Part shown: positions 1 to 13,127 of the stretch, piece after piece
Position numbering within the stretch: position 1 is the first letter of the stretch
How the letters are laid out: each line of letters begins with the position of its first letter
Source of the DNA: Paramoeba atlantica
Lineage: Eukaryota > Protista > Discosea
Assembly: GCA_977017575.1 (NCBI GenBank)
Contig: CDRNVI010000194.1
Span: 3,742-67,741, forward strand
Reading direction: 5' to 3'
DNA length: 64,000 nucleotides
Translations under genes and position numbers: made by a program
Notes under the pieces: model-generated
Told to the model about the DNA's origin: nothing
The model's input: only the letters and a program-made list of their open reading frames with translations
Database searches by the model: none

Positions 1-71
1 CGATATTTTGCCACCTAAAAATCTTTTATTTTTTGTATTTTTTTTTGTTTTTTGCCTTGAAAAACATGCTG

Positions 72-2899
72 TTGCTTGTTCAGGGGGGATGGAGGGAGTC
101 ACGGTCAGGGGGGCAAAGGGAAAAGACTTTTTTTGCTTCTTTCAAACAACTCTTTTTTTGTTTTCTTTGTGTGTGTGTAAAAAAAAGAGAAAAAGAGTTG
201 ATCTTGATGAGGTGAGAGATCGCTTCAAAGACCACACACAGAGAGAGGAAGGAAGAATTGTGGTGTGGATTGCTCAGAACTCAGAACATTATCCCTCTCC
301 TATGTGATCAGGTTTTCTTCTTTGTTTCCTCTCAGTGTTTTTTTTTTTTTTGTCCTTTCTCTCCTCTTTTCCCCACTTTTTTTTTTGGTTTTTGATCTCT
401 TTTCCTTTTGTTTGTGTGTCTTTTGTTTGTGTGTGTTTTTTGTTTGTGTGTCTTTTGTTCACCACCCTAAACCCTTGTTTTTCACACTTGTTTTCGTCAT
501 GTTTATTTTTCCTTTCTTGGGTATCATGATGGATGAGGCTTGAGATGCGGTTCTCTTCATCCTTTTGTTTATCTTGTCTTTTTTATTTGTTCTTCTTTCT
601 TTGTTCTTTTGTTTGTTCTTTTCTTTATTGTCTTTTTGTGTCCTCTTTGCTCTTCCTTTTCCCCCTTTTCCCCCTTCCCTTTCACTCTCCCTTCCCTAAA
701 CCCTTTTCTGTTGCAAACCCCTACCTTGTTCTGTTGTCTTCTATTCATTTTGAAGTCTTTCTCACTGCTCTTTCCTGTCGAATCTCCTCTGTCGATTCTC
801 CCCTCTTCTGTTTTTCTACTGTCTCCTTTCTTACCTTTTCCTCAAAAATTTGTTTTCTCACTTTGATTGTTCTTTCTTATTTGGAGTGTTTTCCTCTTTT
901 GTGTTTTTCCCTCTCTTTTGTCTTTCGTTGGTGCTTTGTACTCCTTCAACCCTGCCTGCTGTGTTTTGATTCATTTTTGTTTTTTGTCACATTTGATTTT
1001 TTTCTGTGTTTTCTCTCTTTGAATATTTTCTCTTTTGTTCAAAACCCTATTCTTTCTTTTGTTGTTGTTGTTCCTTTTATTTGATATAAACCACACCTTC
1101 TGCTTTTTCGATTTGATCTTTGGATTGACTTTCGTTTATTGTTTTGTTGTTTTTCTGTGGAGATCTCATCAATCCTGACATTTTCCCTTTCCCCTCCCCC
1201 CAAATCTTCGCTTCTCCCTCTTTTCCTTTTCTCTTTTGTTGATATCTCCCCATCTTTACTCTAATAACCTTATTCTCTCTCTTCTCTCTTTCTAAACCTT
1301 TTTTTCTTTCAATAGAGTGTAGTTGTGGGGCAGAGGAAGTTTTTTTCTCCAAATTTGTCGTCATTACAATCTTTTTCTCTTTCTTTTTTTTCAATCTCTT
1401 TTTTGCAAGTACTTTTTTTTTTTTTTTTTCATTTTCTCTTTCTCTTTCTCTCTTTTAAAGAAATAAAATAAAATGATCAATTATTGCTTGTTCAGGGGAG
1501 GGTGATGGAGGGAGTCAAAGTTAGGGGGGCGGCAAGGGGAAGAGACTTTTTTTTGCTTCTTTCATCAAACAACTCTTTTTTTGTTTTCTTTGTGTGTGTA
1601 AAAAAAAGAGAAAAAGAGTTGATCTTGATGAGGTGAGAGATTGCTTCAAAAACCACACGCGGAGAGAGAGGAAGGAAGAATTGTGGTGTGGATTGCTCAG
1701 AACATTATCCCTCCCCTATGTGATCAGGTTTTTCTTCTTTGTTTCCTCTCAGTGTTTTTTTTTTGTTTTGGTCCTTTCTCTCCTCTTCTCCCCCCTTTCC
1801 TTTTTTTTGGGTTTTTGATTTCTTTTCCTTTTGTTTGTGTGTCTTTTGTTTGTGTGTCTTTTGTTCGCCACCCTAAACCCTTGTTCGTCACACTTGTTTT
1901 CGTCATGTTTATTTTTCCTTTCTTGGGTATCATGATGGATGAGGCTTGAGATGTGGTTTCTCTTCATCCTTTTGTTTGTTTTGTCTTTTTTATTTGTTCT
2001 TCTTTTTTTGTTCTTTTGTTCGTTCTTTTCTTTATCTTTTTGTGTCCTCTTTGCTCTTCCTTTTTTCCCTTTTTCCCCTTTCCCTTTCCACCTTATTCTG
2101 TATTTCAAATCTCTACCTTATTCTGTTGTCTTTTATTCATTTTGAAGTCTTTCTCACTGCTCTTTCCTGTTGAATCTCCCCTGTCGATTCTCCCCTCTTT
2201 TGTTTTTCTTCTGTCTCCTTTCTTACCTTTTCCTCAAAAATTTATGTTTTCTTCTCACTTTGATTGTTCTTTCTTATTTGGAGTGTTTTCCTCTTTTGTG
2301 CTTTTCCCTCTCTTTTGTCTTTCGTTGGTGCTCCTTCAACAACAACAACCCTGCCTGCTGTGTTTTGATTCATCCTTTTGTTTTTTGTTACATTTGATTT
2401 TTTCTGTGTTTTCTCTCTTTGAATATTTTCTCTTTTGTTCAAAACCCTATTCTTTCTTTCTTTCTTTTGTTATTCCTTTATTTGATATAAACCACACCTT
2501 CTGCTTTTTTTCAATTTGATCTTTGGATTGACTTTCATTTATTGTTTTGTTGTTTATTTTCTGTGGAGATCTCATCAATCCTCTGACATTTTCCCTTTCC
2601 CCCCCTCCCCCTCCCCCCCCCCAAATCTTCGCTTCTCCCCTCTTTCCTTTTCTCTTTCATTGATATCTCCCCATCTTTACTCTAATAACCTTATTCTCTC
2701 TCTTCTCTCTTTTTAAATCTTTTTTTCTTTCAATAGAGTGTAGTTGTGGGGCAGAGGAAGTTTTTCTCCCCAAATTTATCGTCCTTGCAATCTTTTTCTC
2801 TCTCTTTTTTTTCAATCTCTTTTGCAAGTACTTTTTTCTTTTTTTTTCATTTTCTTTTCTCTTTCTCTCTTTTAAAGAAATAAAATAGAATGATCAATT
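72..2899. repeat. Tandem duplication of a ~1.41-kb pyrimidine-rich unit (72-1483 and 1484-~2899)
   Basis: Both units start ttgcttgttcagggg...atggagggagtca, share gatcttgatgaggtgagagat...tgtgatcag and gtatcatgatggatgaggcttgagatg, and end aaagaaataaaata(a/g)aatgatcaatt. Confidence 0.9.
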
Positions 2900-3289
2900 G
2901 CTGCTGCTGCTGTATTGTTGTTGTGGTCAGATGTCAACTATCACCCCATCTGCCTCTCCCCGAACAAAAATATCATTGCTTTTTGGAGTCATTTTTGAGT
3001 GCTGCTAAATCAGGTTTACTTCTTTTATGGTAATTAGTTGTTGTTGATTAATTATTTATTGTTCTTTGTTTGTTCTTTGTGTGAAATTCTTATATATGAA
3101 AATTATTAATATTTTGGGGATGATTATTTATTGTTAATATTTAACATGTTATTTTTCTGTTGTATTATCAATCCATTTTTATTAAGGTTTTGCTTTCATA
3201 TATTTGTTGCTTTTGAATAATATAACACCTCTCTTTGTTTTGGTTTGATTCTTGGTTAGTTCTTATTTTTTAATTTTTTATTTTTTTTT

Positions 3290-3700
3290 TGGGAGTCAAA
3301 ATCCAGACTTTTGATCAATTTATTTTTGGGTTCAATTCTTGATTGGTTCATATTTTTTTTTTTAATTTTTTTTTGGGAGTCAAAATCCTTCTGTGATGAG
3401 AATTTTGATTGATTTATTTTTGGGTTCAATTCTTCATTGGTTCATATTTTTTTTTTAATTTTTTTGGGGAGTCAAAATCCTTCTGTGACAAGAAATTTGA
3501 TCAATTTATTTTTGGGTTCAATTCTTCATTGGTTCATATTTTTTTTTTAATTTTTTTTTGAGAAGTTAAAATCCTTCTGTGACAAGAATTTTGATCAATT
3601 TATTTTTCATTCAATTCTTAATTGGTTCACATTTTTTTTAATTTTTTTTTGAGGAATCAAAATTCTTCTGTGATGAGACTTTTGATTGATTTATTTTCAC
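3290..3700. repeat. Degenerate tandem array of ~60/120-bp AT-rich units
   Basis: Recurring gggagtcaaaatccttctgtga...ttttgatcaatttatttttgggttcaattcttcattggttcatatttttttt; one more partial unit follows 4278. Confidence 0.8.
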
Positions 3701-3701
3701 A

Positions 3702-4277
3702 CCAGGCTGGCTAAACCCGATGCACCTTGAGTCATGAATTTATCAATCATCCAAATCAACCCTGTTTATTTCTTTCAAACCTGCAAAAAAAATCATGTCC
3801 ATATCAGTTTTTTTGATTTTTTTTTTTTGATTCACCACTCTTTTTTGTTTTTTTCTTGTGTTTTGAGTTTCAGAAAAGTTGAAAGATGAGAGAGAAATAA
3901 GATTTGTTCTTCTTTTTTTCAAGTTTTTTTTGTAAACTTTGTTTTTTTGGTTTGGGAGTCTTCTTGTATCTTCTTGTGTTTTTTTCTTTCATTTTTTTAT
4001 CTTTTCAGGAGAAAACAAGGTTTTTGTGTTTTTTGAAATTCTGAAAATGAATTTTTTTTTGTGTTTGGCTGGATTCTGGGTATTTTATTTTTTGGAATTC
4101 TGAAAAAGAAAGATTGTTTTTCGGAATTCTGATTTTCAAAGGTTTGTCCAAAATTGAGTTGGAACTGGTTATTTGCTAAGGTGGAACTTTTTTTTTGAGG
4201 CCTTGAATGGAAGTGATGGGGTTAGTTTGGATGATTGATAAATTCACAACTCGAGGTGCATAATTTAGCCAGCCTGG
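3702..4277. mobile_element. Putative MITE/foldback element with ~60-bp imperfect terminal inverted repeats
   Basis: 3702-3762 ccaggctggctaaa...atgcaccttgagtcatgaatttatcaatcatccaaatcaaccc versus its reverse complement at 4218-4277; no coding content and no TSD found. Confidence 0.55.
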
Positions 4278-5389
4278 AGTAATTGGTTTATATTTTTTTT
4301 TTTTTTTTGGAGAGATCAAAAATCCTTCATTTTTTTTCTTTTTTTTTTCTCATATTATTTTTTTTTTATTTAAAGGTGAATTATTGAGTGAACTTTATGG
4401 ATTTCACTTCTCTTCTTGTTATGTTAAGCTGTTTTGCTTTTTCTTCTATTGTATTAATTGAACCTTGTGTTGGTTACTATTATCAAAAGAAAGAGAAGAA
4501 TAGATTAAAATCTTTTCTATTGTATTATCTCCTTTTTTTTTATGTCTTTTGTTGACCTTTTTTTTGTTTGAATTTTTTTCTTCTTTCTTTTTTCTTTCTT
4601 TAAATTCTTCTTATTTCTCTTTCAACTTGTTTTCTATTTTTTTTTTTTTTTTTAATTTTTTTCAATTGTTTTTTTTCAAAAAATAATAAATAATTTTTCA
4701 AAATAAATTGAATGAATTTATTTTTTCAATTTTTTTAAAAAACCATTTTCTTTCTCTTACAACCATTTATTTTAAATAAAAATCTTTTCTTTAAAGAAAA
4801 ATAAAAAAAAAGAAGAAATTTTAAGTTGCAGGAAAACCTAATGTTGCAAAAAGACTTTTAAAAAAAAATATTGATTTAAAGGGAGTAAAGAGCCTAAACC
4901 TATAAAATAATAGGTTGAACTGGGCAAGAGCTATAAACCCTAAACCCTAATACAATGCAAAGCAGAGAAAATCAACACAGTGTGTAAAGAAGAAATAAGG
5001 AACTATTTCTGTTGTAATGCTTGTTGTGTTGGTTGTTTTGTTCTTTTTGTTTTGTTTTGTTTTTATTGTGTGTCATGAATTGTGAGCAAGTGCACTTGTG
5101 GGAGATGTTGGGTTGTTATAGTTGGTTTTGTTGACTTTGTTGTTTTGTTGGTGAGTGGAAACACTGAACTGTTTTGTGTGTGTTTTCCAATTGTGAATAA
5201 TTGTAAATTATTTGTTGCCCTTTTTTGTACAAAAGAGGTTTTGTTCTTTGGACCCATTTGTAGGCGAAAGAGTGTAAACTTTCTTTTGTTCTTTTTGGCT
5301 TTTGGAATGCATATGATAAAAGACATTGAACCAAGCTTGTTTTTTTTTTGTTCTTTGTTCTTGTTCTCTGTTCTTATCTCTATCTCCAT

Positions 5390-5630
5390 ACTATTCTGTA
5401 GAGAACTCAACTCATTTCAACCAAAAAGACTATTATATTAGACACAAAGTTGCTGATGAAACAGTTGAAATTAAACATGTACCCACTGCTGAAAACCTTG
5501 CTAACATTTTTACCAAACCCCTGACCCCTATGAAACTTAATCTCTTGAGAGAAGATCTTATTTCCCAGTGTACCACTGGAGATCACTGATCAATTTGAGA
5601 TGACTTCAAATTGGGAGAGGTGTGTTATGA
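5390..5630 (+). pseudogene. Ty1/copia RNase H C-terminal remnant followed by a PPT
   Basis: ENSTHFNQKDYYIRHKVADETVEIKHVPTAENLANIFTKPL resembles the copia consensus (HxRTKHIDIRyHFIR...V.T..QLADIFTKPL); followed by ttgggagagg|tgtgtt (PPT and possible LTR start). Confidence 0.75.
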
Positions 5631-6099
5631 ACCCTGTTTGGTTATCTTCTATTCAATTTGATGCCATCTTGTTGCTCCACTCCTCTGATTGATCACTGCT
5701 CTTTCTCTCTCTCTTTTCCCTTTCTCTATTGTATTTTTTCCTTTATATTATTTTCCCTTTTTCTATTTTTCCTGATGTTTATTTTATCCCTTCCTGATTT
5801 GATTTTGTCCTTGTTTCCTTCTGAACATGTCTACTTTGGTACAGACTAAAGAAGGCGTGTCAGAAATATGTTGAATGAACAACTGAAGAGCAATCCTTAG
5901 AAGTCTCACAAAAAAGCGAGAAACTTCCTGATGACATCATCAATGATGTTCTTTATTTAGATTCACAGAAGGTTGATTTGGAGGAGACCAAGGGTTGACT
6001 TGAAGGAGATTGGGAATTGACCTGAAGAAGATCAAGAGTCAGATCAAATGAATAGAGCAGAGAGTCAAGTGTCTTCAAAGTAGCGCACATTGCTTGTGT

Positions 6100-9000
6100 G
6101 CACTCTCCCCACCCGAGAAGTCCTTCGTTTAGAAGAAACAGAGGTGCTCAAAGAAGAGCTTGAGGAGCTTGAAGAGCTTGAGGACTTGGAAGAGGAAGAA
6201 GACTTCTTGGTTGATTTAGAGGTTGATGGTTTGGAGGTTTTCGATGACTTAGAGGAAGAGGAAGAGGAAGAAGACTTCTTGAGTAACTTGGAAGTTGATG
6301 ATTTGGAGGATGATGACTTAAAAGAAGATGATTTAAAAGGAGATGGATTCAGAGGGTGTTTCTGATGATATCTTTTGATTTGTTTTGAAGCATCAATTTG
6401 TAAAACATGGATTCATTTAGCATCAACTTTTCAGTAGTGTTTGAAATGCACTCAATAATAAAGTTTTCCATTTAAATACTTATGCTTAAGGATTTCCTTC
6501 ACTTTAAAATCATAACCATCATCATTTTCAACAATCTTTTTAGGTGCTAGCTCTGAATTAACAATAGATATTTCATTTGATTCAAGATGCAGAGTAATCT
6601 TGTACTGAACATGGAGTTTCTTTAAGTTCTGAACATTTTGGATTTCTGAATTCTTCTCTCGTTTGAGTTCTTGAATCTGGTAACTTCCATTTTTAAGATC
6701 CTCCACAACCACATAAATCTCTTGGTAGTAATAGGGTCTGTACTTCTTCACAATCTCTTTTCCTTTTGATTTGTTTTTCTTCAACACTTGATCACCAACC
6801 TTCAACACAGTGTATGTTCCTTCATTTGCTTTGTCATATCATTGTTTTTATTTCACAGCCACTTTCTCTCTCTCCTCTCAGACCCAATTAATTACGCCCT
6901 CCCTCTCAGTTTGTAGCTTCTTGATGTAGTCATCAATCAGTACCACTGGTTTGTTCACAGAGCTGAAGAGAGAATCGATTGGCATAATTGGATGTCTCCC
7001 AAAGTGAAGATAAAAAGGTGTGTAATCAATCGAGGAGGAACAAGAAGTATTGAAAGCAAATTCCACAAGAAGTAAGAGAAGGTCCCAATCGTCTGCATAT
7101 TTATCAACAAATGAGCGAATGATTGATTCTGTAACTTTGTGGGAACATTCAACATGGCCATTACTTTTGGAGTTGTAGGGGGCAATAAAAGTTTGTTTCA
7201 TTCTGAGAAGCTGGGTCAGTTCTGCAAAAATTTGATTTGCAAATTTTGAACCATTATCTGTTACTATCTGCAAAGGCATTGAATTAACACAAATATACTG
7301 AAGTAAGGCTTCAGCAGAGGCTTTGGCAGAGGGATCTGGAATTGCATACAGACATATATAGCCACTAAAGTTATCAAAGATAGCTAAAATAAAAGAATTC
7401 CCACGAGCAGTGACTTTTGGTCCCTTTGTACAATCCAGGTGGAGTAAAATTCCAGGATAAGAAGCCATGTAAGGGTTTAAATCAGATGTCAATGTCTTTG
7501 TTTTCGAGTTGATCGCACAATTAAGGCAGTGGTGATAGTAACCTTTGATCGCAGCACTCATACTAGGAAAATAATAGGAGACAGCAATTGCATCATAAAG
7601 TCACTCAAACTTGTGGTGTCCAGAGATTAGATCTGAATGATAAGTGTCAAATACTGTATTCCACAAGCTCTGGGGCAGAATTGCAGGTGGGAGACAACCA
7701 GCAGCTGTAGTTTCATCCACTTTCCTCAAGATTCTGGATTCATCAACCCAGTACTTGTGAGCAGTTTGTTGGAGTGCCTGAAGATAGCGCTTCCTCTTAG
7801 ACAAGAGACCATTAATCAAGTAGTTAATAATCATTGAGCAAAACTTATCTTTCCTTTGAGCCTGAGCAAGGTAAAGAAGTTCAACTAAAACCTGATCAAT
7901 GTTATCCATATCCACTTCAACATTTTCAGAACTTTCTTTTGCTGTGGAAAGTGGCAGAGGCAGTGATTGAATAGGAGGAATGTCATGAATTTCCAGCTCA
8001 CTGATTAATTCAATTTTTTCCAAAATGTCATTTTGTCTTGAGAGGATATGGGCTTTTCTTGAAGAAGATTGTTACAAATCCACCAACTCTTCAAACCAAC
8101 AAGTCACATAATCCTTTGAAGTGGCCTTATCATGATATCCAATGTACTGGTGGCTTAGAGCATCAGGGATTGCCATCAACTTTCCAGGTTTGTGAATGAC
8201 CTTTGGGTGATATTCTAGAATTCGAGCAACCCAATCACACAGCATATCATGGTTCAGTACTTTCTGTTGACCTGTTTTAAATACAGATTTGAGAGATTTG
8301 CAATCACAGAACACAATAGGATTTCAACCACAGACATAATACTTGAAGTTGTTTAATGCCCACAGGATTCCAAGGCCCTCCTGCAGAGGATTAGTATACT
8401 TCTGCTGTGTCTCTGTGAGTGTTCAAGAAGCATACTCAATAACTCAGTGGTGGCCATCTTGATCCATCTGAGTGAGAATTGCTCCAAGACCAAGCTTGCT
8501 GGCATTAACATGGATAAAAAATTCTTTTGAAAAGTCAAGATAGGCCATACAGGTTTCAGATGTTAAGAGCTCCTTTAAGAGATGTATCTCCTTGATGGAT
8601 TCTTGGGATAGTGAAAACTTCTTTGGATCCATCACTTTGGCTTTTCTCAAGTGTGTTGTTAAACTAAATGAATGAGGGATGAACTGTTTTAACCAAGTAA
8701 CCATTTCCAAAAATCTCTCAACTTCCTTTGGAGTAGTTGGAAGTGGGTAATTCTAGATTACCTCAACTTTTTTCGGATTTGGCTTCAAACCATCCTTTGT
8801 TGCAATAAATCCAAGAATTTCAAAATTTGGCTTGCAAAATGAGCACTTTGCTGGTTGGAGCATTAAATCATTGTCCCTCAATCTTTGGAAAATTTTTGTC
8901 AGATCAGCCAAATGTTGTTCAAATGTTGAGCTGTAACAAAGGATATCATCAATGTAGGCAAAACAACATTGCCAAACCAGACCACTCAAGACCATTTCAA

Positions 9001-10902
9001 TAAACCATTGTTGTGTTGTTGGAGCGTTACATAACCCAAAAGGCCTTGAAAGAAATTCTTAGAGACCATATTTGCTGGTAAAGGCAGCCTTTTCAATGTC
9101 TCCTTCTCTGATTGGGATCAACCAGAAAACCTCAAACAGGTCAATAGAGGAAAAATAAGAAGAACTACCAAGTGCAGCTAAGATTTCATCCATATGGAGT
9201 AGTGGATAAGAGTCCTTCTTTGTTTTTTCATTTAGGTGACAGAAATCCACACAAAACTGAACATTTCCATTCTTCTTGTCCACCAAGAGAATTGGAGCAG
9301 CCCAAGGAGAGTTAGATTTTCTAATCACTTTCCTTTTCACCATCTTGTCAATATGTTTCCATATGATGCAGTCTTCAACAGGTGTGGTTCTACAGGGTTT
9401 TGCTCTCAAGGGTGAACCCTCTGCCTCAATTGGATGACTCGTTGCTGTGGTTCTAGTAATTGGACCTTCTCACTTCTCATCATCCCACAAGTCTTGGAAA
9501 GAAACCAACATCTCCACTAATTGTATTTTCTGCCTATCATTCAATTCAGCATTATTCAAACCAAATTTCTCATATGCTTCTTTGAATTTACCAGGCAGAT
9601 CTTTTTTATGTGCAGTAGACTTGTTTTGGGTGGTGATGTGAGTAAGCAATTGTATCACAGATGAGTCACAATCGAGGTCAGGGTTGGGGTTTCTGGTGGA
9701 TCGATCAGATTTGCCATTCTGATGATCATACAACTTCTGTCTCTTTCATTTAGGTTTTTGAAATAAATCCTCATCCTCAATCATTTTCTCAAGCCATGGT
9801 CCAGCAAATGCACAGAAATAATTGGCACCATTCTTTGCATTAACTGATTTTGTGCAAGGTGGTTGTTTCTTGGGTACAGATTTTTGAAGACAAGATTCAA
9901 TCAAAAAGTGTTTCAAGAGTTGAAGAAGCTTAGTGTTTTCGACATTATGGTCATTAAGCTGATAAACTGTTCCAACTTTGAGATTTTTCTTCACTTGGAC
10001 CTCAGTCTCAGAATGATTCATCACAAGAACATTCAGTGTGTTGTGTTTTTTACCTTGCTCGATTGTAATCAAGCCAGGAAGGAATAACAAACTCTCTGAT
10101 CCAATTGATGGAAAGAAGAATCCTTCAAGTGACAATGCATGGCTGTTCAGTGTTAGTGGAAGAAACACTGATGATCTCAGAGGGATTGCCTTTGTCTCAG
10201 CCAAGAGTACCAAGGTCTTATCTCGCCTCTCTACATTGATGTAGAAATCTGAATCTATGACTTGAGGAAGGGTGATGTTGAGCTGTGCCGAATTTGCCTG
10301 GATGCATCTCCAACCTTTCCATGTTAAATGACCATCACTGAGACCTAGGCGACATCGTTTCATGGCACTGAAGCCAATCAATGTTTGAATAGGAAGGTCA
10401 TCAATAATGAAGAACTAGAGTCCTTGGGAAAACCTCTTTCCAACTTGACCACAGTATGAATCTCTTCATTAATCACAACTTTGGTTGAGTTTCCCACTTT
10501 GACTTGAAGCTTGTCAGCTTGCCATCAGTTCAGGATCTCAAATCCAGGATGTGAAAGTTGCTGATGACTGATCACATTGATACCAGATCCCATATCTATA
10601 CAAGTAGTAATTGCTAATCCACCTGCCTGAGACACAACTTCAAATGCACAACCAATATCCTGGCTTTTTGCATTGATTACTAAATTCAGAAGAACATTAA
10701 TCACATGATCTGAAGAAAGGTTGGTATGGGATGATGGATCAGCCTGAACATGAACATCAAAGTGTTTCAGAGGTTCTTGAACATGAGTGTTGGATTGACT
10801 CAGAGGTTCTTTGAATTCAGTTGAGCAACTAGATGAAATTGAAGAATACAATACAATGGGCTCAGAGCAGTAGAAAAACCTAATGAGAAAACTGGTGCTC
10901 AA
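6100..10902 (-). pseudogene. pol: Fragmented pol of Gypsy-A copy 1
   Basis: ORF pieces 10525-10902 (TCIDMGSG), 9059-9409 and 8753-8995 (RT, YIDD), 8444-8710 (RH), 6878-7561 (IN, IVTDNG), 6452-6808 (chromodomain start); many stops and frameshifts. Confidence 0.93.
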
Positions 10903-11504
10903 AGTTCAAAAAAAAAGAAAAGTCGCTTGCTCAAAAAACCAATTGGTGGAAAAATAGCCAACTCAAAAAGAAGATAAATGATCAAAAGTAGAAGATCGGT
11001 TGTTGTGAGGAAACTTAGCCTTCAGGAAAAAACCTCACCAGAATGTTTGTTTGTGAAAACAAGACACTGTTGTTGTTTCAATTCAAAGAACAAATGTTCA
11101 ATCTCAGTATTGAAAGTGAGCATGAGTTCCGAAAATCAAAACTGGTATCACCAATGAACACATCTACTTTGGTACAGACTAAAGAAGGTATGTCAGAAAT
11201 ATGTTGAATGGACAACTGAAGAGTGGTCCTCAGAGGTCTCACGAAAAAGCAAGAAACTTTCTGATGACATCATCAATGGTGTTTTTTATTGAGTGTTTCT
11301 AAAAAACCTGAAAAAACCAACTTTTTTGTGTTTTTTTTTTTTTTTACAAAACTTTGGGCCCAGAGTTTTGGGTGAGGGTGAAACCTAGAGTTTTTTCATT
11401 TTGAAAAAAAATTCAAAATTTTGAAAATGAGATTGAAATGGAAAATTGAAAGTTTATTTTAAACAAAAAAAAGAGAAAAATGGAAATAAAAAGGTTGTTG
11501 AAAT

Positions 11505-13127
11505 GAGGGTTTCTAAAAAACCCAAAAAAACCAACTTTTTTATATTTTTTTTTTTTTCACAAAACTTTGGGCCAGAGTTTTGGGTGAGGGTGAAACTCAG
11601 AGTTTTTTCATTTTGAAAAAAAATACAAAATTTTGAAAATGAGATTGAAATAGAAAATGAAAGTTTATTTCAAACAAAAAAAAGAGAAAAATGGAAATAA
11701 AAAGGTTGCTGAAATTGAACTGGAGGGAGGTTTATGGTGGAATAATCTTTTATGTTATCAACTCCACAAATATCTTCCTTCTAAGAATGGTGCATATTTT
11801 AAATAAAATTTTTGAGTGGAATCTCAAAGGCAAATAATAGCAAAAAGCTAATAAAAAAATTCCACACTTAGTTGCATTTTGCTTTTCATTCATAAGATGG
11901 AAAGAAAAACAATCAAAAAAATGTAAAAACCTCTTGGCTGGGACATATTACCTCTTGATTGGGACATATTACCTCTTCGCTGGGACATATTACCTCAACA
12001 CAGGTTGTCTTCTCCAGTTTCTTCCATTTTGAGAACATCTTTTTGATTTTCTAAAAAGGTATTTCAGTTTGAAAAGAAAGAAAAAAAGAGAAAGGGAGAA
12101 AGAGGGAGAAATTGAAAAAAAAAAGAAACCTCAAAAGCAGAAACTTCACAACCCCCAAAAGAGTTATAAAATAACAATTCATTCAACTAAAAACAAAAAA
12201 AAAACAAACCAACCAGGAAAAAAAAAAAAACAAGAAAACCAAGAAGGGGAACATAAACACAAACAGAAAAAGCAAAAAAAAAAATGAGGCTCTATCACAC
12301 AAAAATATTATGATTTTTTTCTTGCTGTCTTTCTTTGAAAAGAAAAAAATGAAAAGACTTGGTACCTTACTTTGGTGAGGAGTATGTTCTTTTTCGTTTT
12401 TTTCTGTTCAGTTCTGTTCTTTCAGTTTTTCTTTTGTTTTTTGTTTGTTTGTTCTTTTGTTTGATTGTTTTTTTTTGGTTTCTCTTTTGTTTTGTTTTTG
12501 TTTGTGTGTTTGCTTTTGTTTGTTTGTTCTTTTGTTTGATTGTTTTTTTTTGTTTCTCTTTTGTTTTGTTTTTGTTTGTGTGTGTTTGCTTTTGTATTTT
12601 TTTGTTTTGTTTTTTGTTTTGTTTTTTCTTTCAGTTCCTTGATGTGTTTGTTTTGAAAGGATGATTGCCAGACAGTGAATTTGAGAGGATTGATTGAGAT
12701 TTTTTTTGGATTGGTGCACACTTTTCAGACAACCACTGTTTCTTTTTCTTCAAGTGCAGGGATATGCAAACTATTGTTTTGTTAATTGTTTATTATCTGA
12801 TGAATCATAGAATCCAACTTTCTCCTCTTCATCCCCTTCCAAACAAGATTCTATCACCTTTTTCCATTTATTCTGCAGAAGAAAATGATGGGTATGAAGA
12901 TTTCTTAAGTGGCATTCATCAATTCAAAATATTGAATTTTCTTCTTCTTTATTTTTGTTTTTTTAGTCAAAATAAAAAATTTATTTTTTTTGAAATTTTT
13001 TGAATTTTTTGAAATTTTTTCATTTCAAAACGAAAAAACTCTCGGTTTCACCCTCACCCAAAACTCTGGCCCAGAATTTTTCAAAAAAAAAAAAAAAAAG
13101 GAAAATTCCTCTCTTTTAGAAACCTTC
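11505..13127. mobile_element. Same 1623-bp element, inner copy nested in the outer copy, TSD AAT
   Basis: Starts gagggtttctaaaa, ends ttttagaaaccttc; aat at 11502-11504 and 13128-13130; subterminal inverted block gggcccagagttttgggtgagggtgaaac / gtttcaccctcacccaaaactctgg(g)ccc. Confidence 0.9.
11930..11996. repeat. 3 x 21-bp direct tandem repeat inside the 1623-bp element (second copy 13345-13411)
   Basis: cctcttggctgggacatatta / cctcttgattgggacatatta / cctcttcgctgggacatatta, with no spacers. Confidence 0.9.

Noticed and set aside
8-2716. Many Phe/Leu-rich and Lys-rich ORFs in the track (also 12069-14135 and 60312-63986)
   Set aside because: They are translations of T-rich/A-rich low-complexity and intronic DNA, open in several frames at once and without motifs.
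4934-4950. Telomere-like CCCTAAA motifs (also near 464, 694, 1871)
   Set aside because: At most two tandem units; too short to call an interstitial telomere.
6090-6365. Acidic ORFs EELEELEELEDLEEEED (also 15269-15484, 20647-20874, 31453-31728)
   Set aside because: They are antisense shadows of the Ser/Lys-rich integrase tail.
11930-11996. CRISPR-like array (this repeat or the 3290-3700 array)
   Set aside because: No unique spacers, no cas genes, and the context is eukaryotic.
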